Shown here: positions 9,833 through 20,544 of the stretch, piece after piece | Position numbering within the stretch: position 1 is the first letter of the stretch | Layout: the number at the start of each line of letters is the position of its first letter | Source of the DNA: Mobula hypostoma | Taxonomy: Eukaryota | Assembly (NCBI RefSeq): GCF_963921235.1 | Contig: NC_086108.1 | Location: forward strand, 102,054,001 to 102,118,000 | Reading direction: 5' to 3' | DNA: 64,000 nucleotides | Notes under the pieces: model-generated | Databases searched by the model: none | What the model was told of the DNA's origin: nothing | Seen by the model: the letters and a program-made list of their open reading frames with translations, nothing else | Translations under genes and position numbers: made by a program

Positions 9833-12400
9833 TTATTCCCCCCTCATTTCTCCTACTTCCTTAACAACAGGTTTACAGTCGGTTTGATGAATCCACCTTG
9901 GTTGCCCTTCCACCTTCACGGCCATGGGTGTAGTCAGCAGCACCTGATTGGGTCCTTTCCACCGAGTGTCCAATTTCTTTCTGTCCCAGTTCTTTATCAA
10001 GACAAAGTCTCCAGGATTAACAGTGGGATAGTCCCCTTTAGCTTGATCCTCATCCTCTTGGTGGGCCTGGCAAACCTGCGAATGCAAACTTTGGAAAATT
10101 TTTTGGTTAGCTTACATAATTTTTTTTCCATTTCTTTCCCTAGAGTATGCCTATCTATTTTATCAGGGAGGGGACGAATTAACCCCAGTGTCCATGGGGT
10201 ACGCATAGGCTTTCCATAGATGATTTCTGCTGGGGATAATCCAGTTTTAGTCCAGGGTATAACTCTTATATGGAACAATGAAACAGGTAAAACCTTAAAC
10301 CAGATTAGTCCAGTTTCTTGCATAAGTTTAGTTAGTTTATTCTTTAAGGTTCCATTTGCTCGTTCCACTATACCAGCTGCTCTTGCATGATGAGTACAGT
10401 GAAATTGCTGTTTTATTGCCAGTTCTTTACAGCTTTTCTTATTTATCTTAGCAATAAAATGAGGTCCTTTGTCTGAGTTTATTGATTCAGATAATCCATA
10501 ACGGGGAATCAATTTTCTTGGTAATATTTTTACAACAGTATTATCGGTAATGGGTTTAGCCTCTATCTATCTGCTAAATACATCTACTATTACTAAGCAA
10601 TATTTACAACAATGTACTCTAGGTAGTTCTATAAAATCAAGTTGTAAACAAGAAAAATAGTCCACCAGGCAAGAGGGTGGTTCCAGAACCACAGGGCATC
10701 CCTTTCCAGCATTCATGTTTTTTTTTACATGCTGTGGCTTGCTTTTCAGCTGATTCCTGGAAATCAGGGCGCCACCAAGATATTAACCATTTCCTCCTTG
10801 CCCAAGTGTGTACAATTATTTACGTAATCTATCAAGATAGATAAGAACACAGAGGGAACACAAACCTATCCTGCAGGGGTCACCCATAAATTGGTCTGAG
10901 GTTCAAGGTGGTAACCCATTTGGGACCATAGTTTGTGCTCTCCTTCAGGGGCGTCCCCCTGGAACTTATATGTTTCCTCTATGTTAGTTACATATTCCCC
11001 TCATGTCTGGCATACTCGTCCTTAGATTTTGTCTAATAGAGCTTGCTAGGCTCCTGAGGGGACTAAAAGTGTGGGGTTCAAGGCTGTCTGTTTAGCTGCT
11101 GCATCAGCCCTAGCATTTCCCCTAGATATCCCATCAGATTCCCCAGTATGGGCTGCACATCTAATAATAGCCAAAACTCGATGTAGCTGTAGAGCGGTGA
11201 GTAAGTTGTTAACAAAGGTAGCAAATGGCAGGGCGGGGGGGTTCAGAGGAAGTCAGAAATACCCAAAGTTCCATAGCCAGTACATAGAGGGAGTCTATGT
11301 AAAAGTTTGCACTTTAATCTGTTTGAGATTTCTTTTCCACAGGCTCTTTCATTTTAAAATTCGAAACATTAGTCAAAGAGGATTCCAGTTTGGGCTTGTA
11401 CTTTTGGCTCCTCCACTGAAGCCCTCATTCAGGCCCTTTTTATTTTGTTCCAAATAGTTGTGGACTCCCTCTTCAAAGTCATCTTCATTTATGACTTTGC
11501 GTTTTTTTAAAGTCATTTACAAAGAATTGGTTCTGTGGTGGATTGTTCAGAATCAGAACTGAGTACGCTGTTTGACTGCACTTTAGTCTGTTGCTAGGAT
11601 ACAGGCACGAGTCAGAGCAAGTAGCTCAGGTTTCTGGGCAGAGACAGCTGCCGCAAAGGAGACTTGCTCAATTATTTCACTGTCGTCACTTACCGCATAG
11701 CCAGCACATTGTTTTCCTGCTGTATCCACAAAACAGAAATTTCCCAGAGATGTGGTACAACGTCTTGGGTTTGGTCAATATTAAAAGAGTGTCTGACCAG
11801 ATGTCCCGTCTTCACCTTTGACTCCTTCCAGTATCTGAGCTGGCCCACGGACAAGTCTTGCCAGTCTCCCTCTGTGCTGGAGGTTTGTTTCGTCAGGGTG
11901 TAGGCAAGGAACCCAGGCTCTTTTGCTTGAACCTAGGGCAAAGCCTAATGGTGGTAAGAGGCACCACCAGTCCTGTCTGTTGCCAAAGGAAATCCAGAAC
12001 TTCAGCCAGTAATGCATTGCCCTCTCTTCCTTTAACCTCTCCAATCACCGTGACTGGGAACATCTGCCCTTCGAGGGGTGCATAATACTGGCTTTCCTCA
12101 GTTAAGCACTCTGTAGGATCATAGCACAGAGTCGCATGAGGGTCTGCCTCTGGCAGAGGGGGTTCAAACGAAGTGGAGTCCAAATTAAGTGCCCACAACT
12201 GGGGGGGTGGTGTCGGTAACTGGGGAAACTGTCAGTTGTTCGCTAGTCCCAGGGTGATACCCTTGTCCATGCATAGAATCTCAATTTCCAACGGACAGAG
12301 CAAGTCTCATTTTGCTAGATTACACCCCAGTGGCTGGGGACGTGAACATGTACGTTCCTGTTTCCGATCCCCCAGATGTAGCCCGCTCGCATCCTTCTTC
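9833..12400 (-). pseudogene. pol: ERV pol remnant: protease C-terminus, inter-domain region, RNase H, integrase; RT deleted
   Basis: Integrase INSDKGPHF...GIVERANGTLKNKL and WKGPNQVLLTTPMAVKVEG; RNase H AGYAV...SAQKPELLALTRAC and AIIRCAAHTG...GNARADAAAK; protease tail GCNLAKxDLLC. Confidence 0.9.
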
Positions 12401-13632
12401 CCACTGAGCATTTTCACCTTTAATAATAGTTCCCTCCGGGGTTGATCAGGATTCGAAAACCGGGTCTCAACAATATGTCAAAGCTCGTCGTATACGATTT
12501 TGATCATTGTCAGGCCAATCCATAGCATTTCTTTTAAATGTGTTGGCTAACTTAACTGGTAAGCATTGGAGCAGTAAGGCATTAAACTGGGGGGGGGGGG
12601 GTGCAGGACGGATTCCTATTACTTGAGTCTTGGTCTCCTGCAAAAGTGCCATTGCAGGCCACAAATTGCTCCCGATTGTCTGTAATCTGGTCTGTCTGTT
12701 CATTCTCATTATGGATTCCCACCTGTAACTCCTGATCGATTTGGTATCTTGATTCTACCTTCCATTTCCGCCCCTCAGCATGCAGCAGAGACCGAATAAA
12801 TTTTGTAGGGTTGCATTATACATTTGTATAGTACTGCAGACCTACTGAGCAAACTGTGTTGGTTTTTCTTTTCTATCTGGGGCATGATTCATGATTATTA
12901 TCATTTCCTGAGGCTTCCAGGTTGCATACACAGGAATTACTGGGGACTGCCCCTCCTCGGCTGCTCGTGGATTGGGCCACATTCGGATGGGCAATTGTCT
13001 CTGTGGAGCCATTAACTCTGGGGTCTTATTGGATTCTTCCCTCCCTGTCTCGGAATAATCCTCAGTATTCCCTTACTGGATCTCAGGGTATAGAAAGCCT
13101 CCCCTTCCCTGCTGCTGCTGGTTTGCCTGCGCGGCCACCATATCTGAGTACTGGCAGGATTGGGGTTCAGGAGCTCTGGGTGCACTCGGCCCCTGATAAG
13201 GTGGGGGATAAAGTGGGTGTCCAATCCTCATCATGGTCACTATCCTCAAACAGGGTTGGTATGCCAGACATGGGTTCGGGATCCCGTATTTGCCCTAGAT
13301 CTCGCGCGTGGCACTGCCGATCTAAGCCTTCCTGTCCATATCTGCCTTTACCTGTTTTCTTTGTTTCTCTATCTGGAAAGTAAAGTATTATTTCATTTGG
13401 TATCAGCTTTATCTTTCCATTCTTTAATCAGGAATTTCCATTTCGTTCCACATTTCTTTTTGGTTCACGTGACTCTCTATCCCAAATTCCTCCCAAAGGC
13501 CAAATATTGTTACCCAATTTGTTATTTAAGCATGCCGATAACCTACGATAGTTGTTTTCGTCTCCCTGGATCATCTTTACCTAATTTAAATAACTGTGTG
13601 TTATTTCCCAATTTATCTAAGGTCTGACCCAT
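12400..13632 (-). pseudogene. gag: ERV gag remnant
   Basis: Starts ATG GGT CAG ACC (MGQTLDK, myristoylation-type start) downstream of the leader; Pro-rich segment; multiple stops; position upstream of pol. Confidence 0.75.
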
Positions 13633-14143
13633 TGTTTCGTACGATTTTATATATTCGTCTCTCAAACACTAATCAGCTACTCTTTCTCTCATCCACTTCA
13701 GGTTCCTGACCTTCGCATGGGGGATTTCCCCTCTTAACAATGGTCTAAGGCAGGGTGTAGATACTCAAGATGTGACCTCAAACTGGGACTTGAACCCGAC
13801 TCTTGTTGTTTAGCGGAGGACTCAAACCCTGCTATCGGAGGACTCTAACCTCCTTCTTCTTATTTTGGGGACTCAAACCGCACTATTACCCTTTTTGCTT
13901 AACAGAGGACTTGAACTCCATTTTTACTGTTTTACTCAGCAGAGGACTCGAACCCCACTCTTACCGTGACACTCGGGTGATCTTTAATTAGGTTCTTCAG
14001 GAGTGCATTAGAGAGTCGCCTGTCAGATGAATGGATTTTCCGTGCGACTTGCTAGTAAGCGAGATCAAAGTGAATCTTACCCTGTGGGCCCATCCATCTC
14101 AGGTCGCCACCGCACAGATTATCACGGGGATCACTCATTTGGA

Positions 14144-14161
14144 CTCCTAGCTGGCTCGCCA
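14144..14161 (-). promoter_or_regulatory. Primer binding site complementary to tRNA-Arg(ACG)
   Basis: Plus strand CTCCTAGCTGGCTCGCCA matches the vertebrate tRNA-Arg(ACG) 3' end CTCCTGGCTGGCTCG-CCA at 17/18; lies 3 nt from the 5' LTR. Confidence 0.88.
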
Positions 14162-14164
14162 AAT

Positions 14165-14849
14165 TGTCAACAGTGATCAACCCACTGTAATGAAACAAGT
14201 ACCACAGTTGATTCTTTTCCACCTTTATTAGTAGCAAGCTACGAGAGAGAACCTTCCTTCTGCACTCACAGAGAGTCAGCCATGGAAGTCTCTCTGTCCA
14301 AGAATAGCGATACAAAGTTTTTTATATCACCTTTGTCACGAAAGCCTAGCAACAGTGGTAGTCCAAGACAAAGGCCACTTAATCACCTAAAACAGAGGTA
14401 AACGTACTTGACAAAGAATACTTAATCACAACAGGCAGAGAGAATCAGAGAACAGAGTATAATTAATTCTCACATCCTGCATGTCCTTGTCTGGACACTC
14501 AGCATTTATATGTTAGCAGGACAGATTGATCCTTAAACATCTCAATACAAAAGAACAGTCAGTTCAATAGACATTCTGGCTACTCAAACAAAGCAGAAAT
14601 TAATAATGTAGATAAGAGACTCTACCAAAATTAGGAAAGGAATGTAAGGAAGGTCCTGCCTTATCTCCACCCTTTGTTGAAACCAAAAGTTGTGAAAAGC
14701 CATGAGACATCCTCTGGTGGGTCTGTGTGAGCCAATCCTTATCTCACCCCAAAGAGCAGCTGCTCAGACATGCTGCATCTATTCTCAAACCAGAATACAC
14801 AGACTCAACCTTTACCATTATTTACAGGAACCTGAGAATCCCATTAAAA
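14165..14849 (-). repeat. ERV 5' LTR (outer terminal bases lost)
   Basis: Direct repeat of 6919-7615; lacks the terminal TATCA. Confidence 0.92.
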
Positions 14850-15580
14850 CCTCCTGATTCATCCATGGCTTTTGGTTTGGGAAGGTACAGCAAGTTCTCA
14901 TAGGCACACACTCATCCATACGGCTTTAATGAAGTCAGTAACAACTGTAGCATACTCATCCAGATTCGAAAGTGAAAACCTGAATACAGTCCAATCCACT
15001 GATTCAAAGTAGTCCTGTAAGTGCTCCTGTGCTTCCCTTGTCCATACCTTCTTGGTCCTCACTACTGGTTCAGCAGTCTTCAGTGTCTGCCTGTACTCTG
15101 GGAGTGGAAGTACAGCCAGGTGATAGGAGTTTCCGAAGCGAAGGTGTGGAATAGCACAGAATGCATTCTAGATGGTGCGTGTAACAATACGTTCTTTCCT
15201 CTGGTACTATAAGTGATTTATTGATGGTAATTATTTAGTAACTTTTTCGGGCTGGCCTGTTTAAAATCCCCCAAAATAACGGTGAAGTCGTCAGGTTGTG
15301 CTGTTTCATACATGTTAGTCCCATTGCTCAGATTATCTAGAGCCTGTTTGACATTGGCCTGAGGTGGAATGTACACTGCTACCAAAATGATTGCTGAAAT
15401 CTCCCGTGGCAGGTAAAATGGCCAGCACTTATGTACAAGATATTCCAGGTCCAGTGAGCAGAACTGGAACAGCACTGAAACATTAGTGCACCAAGAGGAG
15501 TTGATCATGAGGCATACACTTCCATCTCTGCTTTTGAGAGACTCGACAGTCCTATCCTGACAGTGTATAGTGAACCTGTC

Positions 15581-16045
15581 CAAATAAAAGGGAATAAAAG
15601 GGTTAACGAATGAGAAGCCTTTGATGTCTCTGGGCCTGTACTTGCTGGAGTTTAGAAGAATCAGGGGGATCTCATTGAAACCTATCAAATATTGAAAGGT
15701 CTAAATAGAGTGGACGAGGAGAGGACCTTTACCATAGGAGAGTCTAGGAGCAGAGGGCACAGCCTCAGAATGGATGGATATCCATTTAGAACAGCAATGA
15801 AGTGGAATTTCTTCAGCCAAAAAACCCGTGAATATCTGGAATTCGTTGCTATAGTCGGCAATGGAGGCCAAGTCATTAGGTATATTTAAGGTGGAGGTTG
15901 ACAGTTTCTTTAATAGTCAGGGCATAAAAGATGACAGAAAGAATGGGGCGGAGAGGGATAATAAATCAGCCTTGATGAAATGGCAAAGCAGAATCAATGG
16001 ACTGCATGGCCTAATTATACTCCTACATCTTACAATCTTATGGTC
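15581..16045 (+). mobile_element. CR1 LINE 3' fragment
   Basis: KGLNRVDEERTF...SRSRGHSLR motif and 3'UTR. Confidence 0.85.
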
Positions 16046-16080
16046 TTTATTTATCCACTTTCCTATTTGTTTATTCTTAC

Positions 16081-16135
16081 CTTTGCAGAAGAATGAGTTG
16101 TTGATCTTTGAACCAACCTGGAATTACTTCTCCAG
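16081..16135 (-). other. Candidate 55-bp host exon
   Basis: Minus strand TTGCCTTTTAG|CTGGAG...GCAAAG|GTAAGA; two open frames; lies in non-repeat sequence. Confidence 0.35.
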
Positions 16136-17233
16136 CTAAAAGGCAACAGAATTTTTAAATAAAGTTGTTGTTTGTTAAACTGGTATAGATAGGTGGAAGC
16201 TTCAAGCACCGTTTGCAACAGAGCAAGCACAAGATTAAAACTTAGCACCTCATGGCAGTGGAAACAAATGATGAGAAGGAAGAGGACACAATCTTTGAAC
16301 TCTCCATTTTGGCACCAAATCCTGCTCTTAATTAAAAACAAGAAAGAGTATGCAAAGCTACTAAGTTTTAGTTAAGAGCTTACATAACCCCCAATATTAA
16401 GATTATATTTATCTTAATGCTCTCAATAAGGTTTTCATCATAAACATTGCAGTTATTAGTGATTACAGTGTCTTTATAACCATTATTCACCAACTTTACT
16501 CCAGAGCAATTTTTAAAAAACGTACACTGGCCAGCTGAGCATTAAACCGAAGGTTTTTTGAAGCACCATCCAAACTGTAAAACTCAGTGTTTGAATGCTT
16601 GCATTAAAAGGGACACTTTGAATCTGTAAGGGATTAATCGCGAAAAACCTGGACATTCTGATTGATAAGCAGTGGTTTCTGGGTCCAAATATTATCTGTG
16701 GAAAGTGTTTTAATGTTCAGTCGCTTGCATGCTGATAACACAAATGTATTATTTGCAAAGGAACTGTGAAATGCAAAATATCAGCAGAAAAATAGAAAGA
16801 ACAAAGTGGAATCAGAATTCTGGGAGGAAGAAGTGTAGATGCAAGAAAAATTTCTCAGCAGTTTAAATAGTAACTTCTCTTCCCTCTCCTGCAATCAGAA
16901 TTAACAACTCAAGTTAATTGGCCATCATCTAAGCTACAAAACTGTAAGCAAGTTTCAATATGTAGAAGCAAGGAGAGATAGAAGGGAACACAGGACAAGT
17001 TCTGGGAAGGAGCAGATTGAAGGAAAAGCAAAATGTATTACACTCCATTACAAATCTTCCCTTAGTTCTCTCTCACCCTCCCTCACCTTCTCTGTATCTT
17101 AGAACTGTATACCTTATAACATTTCAAAGTTAAAGTATATGCATTATTAAACTACGTACAGTATTTGTCACCATATGCTATTTTAAGATTCATTTTCTTG
17201 CAGGCATTTTGCAGGAATATAAAGAAATACAAT

Positions 17234-17827
17234 CTGAGAGTCTGAGGCCTCCATCAATCAGAGTTGACAATGGATATTGCATCCTAGCTGTCTAGATACG
17301 CAAGTCTGGGCAGTACAATATGGAGAGCAAGCTCCCCATCTTCACGCATCTGATGAACCCAAAGGAACGTCAGAGACCGATACAGTTTGGTACCAGCAGC
17401 ATCACAGCAGTTAACAGATGACGTTGAACTCAATGTATGACTGTCTTCAGGACTCCAGTTTCGGATTGTTCCCCCCCACCCCACCCCGCCGCCGAGGTTT
17501 AAATCCCAAAGCCTTCCCCATGAGTTGGGGTAGCCGCAAGGCAGCAGAGGTTTGAGGTCAGAGTTTTCCTTCTCCTAGATGAGCTGCCAACCATGGCTGA
17601 CAAACCCTATCTGCCTGAAGCATTTGGTTTTAAGGCGTCAGTAACCTGCCTTTGCCCCTTCTCCTGTCAGTAGAAACAGTTCCACCGGGCTTAGTAGTTA
17701 AGTCACTAGCTGGACAGGAGCTGGACTTTGGTGTCAAAACTATATGAGGCACATACCTTTGGGAGCATTTAATAGGTAATGGAAGCTTGTCCCATTACCA
17801 CCCCTGGCTATGATAACCTTAAGAACC
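17234..17827 (-). mobile_element. Non-autonomous RTE-derived retroposon (5'UTR-like part plus RTE-type tail)
   Basis: Tail related to the SINE tail at 41205-41390; 13-bp TSD AAAGAAAT(A/G)CAAT at 17221-17233 and 17828-17840; RTE assignment from recalled similarity. Confidence 0.55.
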
Positions 17828-18007
17828 AAAGAAATGCAATAGAATTTATGAAAATCTATAAATAACAAAGACTGATAAACAACCAATGTACAAAAGAAAA
17901 TTGTGCAAATAATAATAAAAAATAAATAAATAATACTGAGACCATGAGTTGTAGAATCCTTCAAAGTGAACCTAGAGGTTGTGAAGTTAGTTCAGCATTG
18001 AGGTGAG

Positions 18008-19732
18008 TGTTATGTTTGTTCTTAATAAAGACAAGTTTATCATGGGTGATCACCAGAACATTTTATTAACAGAATGGCTTTAGCCCGACACTGAGCACAC
18101 ACGACCAACTCATCAAAGTCATTTCCGGTTCCACGGTGAACCATCTGCATTGCCCACTTGGAGCTGAAGTTCTTTATTATGTACACACTTAATAACACAT
18201 CTTCCCCCTTTCAAGAGAAACAAACTCATTACTACGTCCTCATAAACCCATGAGGAACAATCCTTTCCTGTTACGAGTTTCTCGAGTTACACCGGGTAAG
18301 CATCCAAGCCACACAAAAAACATCCGTATACTCTTTCATGAGTGTTACATGGTCATCTTTGGTCTGTGAAGCCACTCGGAAACTCTTTCCACCAGGTTGA
18401 GCTTTACATATGCACTCAGACCTAAAACTGAGTATGTTCTCTTTTCCACAATCAGTAGATGTGCCTTTAGGTGCTACTCTTTGCTTGAAGGTCACTATAT
18501 AACGCTATTTTACTGGAACGTTCTCTCCAGTATAGCCTTCATACTTAACTTCACTGGGTAAATCTTGCTCTTTACTTTGAGAGTCGTGTAACCATGCATG
18601 GGCAACAGATAATTCTGTTTTATCGGCACCAGCTGTTTGTAAAGAATCCACAAAGACTTCCTCCATTTCCTCAGCAACCATGTGCACTTTACTCTTGGTA
18701 GCACCAGCTTTGCAGCAGTTGGCAAAGGGATTTTCCCCACAATTATTACAAGACTTTCCATAAGCAGGGCATGTCTTTGGAATGTGCCTACCTCCACATT
18801 TGTTGCATTTGCTGTTTGAGCTTACCTCTTCGTCTTGCCATTGCTTTGGGAAAGACCCTGCACCCTTCCCCTCTGTTTTCACAGAGTACCCTGTTGTGCT
18901 GACCCTGTGCAGCTCCTTAGCTTGTGATCATCTTGTCTCTGCTGCCCGACACATATCCACAGCCCTTTCCAGTGTCAAATCTTTTTCACGGAGCAATCTT
19001 TCTCTGAGCTCATTATCTAGGATTCCATAAATTATTTTATCTCTAATAGTGAGTCTCTTAAATCTCCAAACACAGGATTTACTCAGTGTGTGAAGCACAG
19101 CTAAGTACTGGTCAAAGTTAACACCATCAAGGAACTTGCATCTCTCAAACATGACATTTATACTTGGGACAAAATACTCCTCAAATTTTGCCATCAGATT
19201 AAAGGTTATCTCATAAATTTGAAAGGTGTTATAGATGTCCAAATCACCTTTGCTAATTACACATAGTAAAATAAACACTTTTCACTTTTCGTCTGCCCCT
19301 CCCGCTCTGCTAGCCACTAAATGAATATTGAACACTGTTGGAAATGTTTTCAGTTATCAGTTAGATTACTGGTAAACTGCAGAGATGCAGGAGCACTTAG
19401 GTTATCAATGATGGGAATTTTTGGCCTCACCTGAATTTCTTGATGAACTTGGGAACAGCATCCTGTCAGTCACTGACATCTCTTTCTTCAGTCGCTCATG
19501 GTATTCATTTACACTCCATGTTTGGTCCTCATGCTGACTGCTGACATCATGTAATGTTTGTTCTTAATAAAGATAAACTTAGCATGGGTAAACATTAGAA
19601 CATTTTATTCTGAACACTGTTCAACCAGCAAGCATGCAACCCGCTCACTCACATCATTTCAGGCTCTGGGGTGAATTGCCCTCATTGCCCACTGGAAACT
19701 GAAGTTCTTTATGACGTACACACATAATAACA
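18008..19732 (-). mobile_element. Internally deleted Ty3/Gypsy LTR retrotransposon (gag only)
   Basis: ~185-bp LTRs 18008-18197 and 19550-19732 (TG...CA); PPT AAAGGGGGAAGATG; degenerate tRNA-Leu-like PBS; gag IRDKIIYGILDNELRERLLREKDLTLERAVDMCRAAE and knuckles CNKCGGRH...CPAYGKSCNNCG. Confidence 0.88.
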
Positions 19733-20544
19733 CAGGGATTGAAGTTATCCATGCTGGTTCAGGAGTGTGATGGTTGTAGAGTAATAACTGTTCCTAAACC
19801 TGTCGGTGCAGAACCTAAGGCTCCTGGACCCTCTACTTGCTGGTAGTAGCAAGAAGAGAGCATGGCCTGGATAATGGAAGTCTTTAATTATAGATGCTGT
19901 TTTCCTGTGGCCACGTGCCTTGTAAACATGCTCATTGATGGGGAGAACTTTACCTGTGATGGACATTTATTGTCAATCTCCATTTTCCCTTGAGAAAGTG
20001 ATGGTGAGTTGCCTTCTGGATTCACCGCAGTCCAGGTGAATGTACTCTCATACTACTGTGTATGGAATTCCAGGATTTAGACCTAGCAACAATGAAAGAC
20101 TGCCGGTACATTGATAAGTCAGAATGATGTGCAACTTGAAGGAGAACCTTCAAATGTTATTTCTGTGCATCTGCTGAGATTTCTCTTCTACATAGTCAGT
20201 GTCAAATGTTTGGGATTGGACCATGGTGAATAACTGTAGTTTATTTTGTAGTTCATTTACATTGAAGCCACAAAGGTAGAGGGACTGAATATGTAGGATA
20301 GTGAATGGGGTGCTCATCAAGTTGGCTGCTTTAAAGTAGATACTGTCAAGCTTTTTGTAAGTTGTTAGCACTCCACTCTGCCAGACAAGTGGCAAAGTTT
20401 CCATTACTCTCCCAACCTGTGCCTTTTAGATGATGGAAAATCTCTCGGCTCCGAGACATTGAACCATTCACCAGAGTGTGCATGGGCAACCTTGAGCTTC
20501 CTGTTGCCTGCCACTTTAATTCTCCATCCCGCTCCCACTCCAAT

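Larger units (their letters stand above)
6919..14849 (-). mobile_element. Endogenous retrovirus, class I (gamma/epsilon-like), defective provirus with both LTRs
   Basis: Paired ~690-bp LTRs, PBS, PPT, gag-pol-env remnants in order on the minus strand; CCTC at 6915-6918 and 14850-14853 as probable 4-bp TSD. Confidence 0.95.
4290..15580 (-). mobile_element. Rex1/Babar-type LINE (RT and APE endonuclease remnants) split by Tc1 and ERV insertions; pieces 4290-5190, 6845-6918, 14854-15580
   Basis: [23 protein letters not shown] (4427-4750) and PFYLPREISAIILVAVYIPPQA...ILGDF (15218-15580); pieces join collinearly and align with the copy at 50560-53330. Confidence 0.85.
17125..19965 (-). mobile_element. 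Rex1-type LINE 3' end interrupted by an RTE-derived element and a Gypsy element
   Basis: ASIIKDFHYPGHALF...RFRNSYY (19745-19966) and 3'UTR pieces matching 34325-34915 and 50560-50950. Confidence 0.7.

Noticed and set aside
16193..16375. 60-aa plus-strand ORF in unique sequence
   Set aside because: No recognisable domain or convincing splice signals; length expected by chance
17340..17385. CTGATGA hammerhead-like core
   Set aside because: No correctly placed GAAA and stem II; not supportable as a ribozyme
19966..20520. Possible unique or regulatory sequence
   Set aside because: Looks like a very old LINE 3' remnant plus a decayed Penelope GIY-YIG fragment (~20450-20540); too degenerate to call
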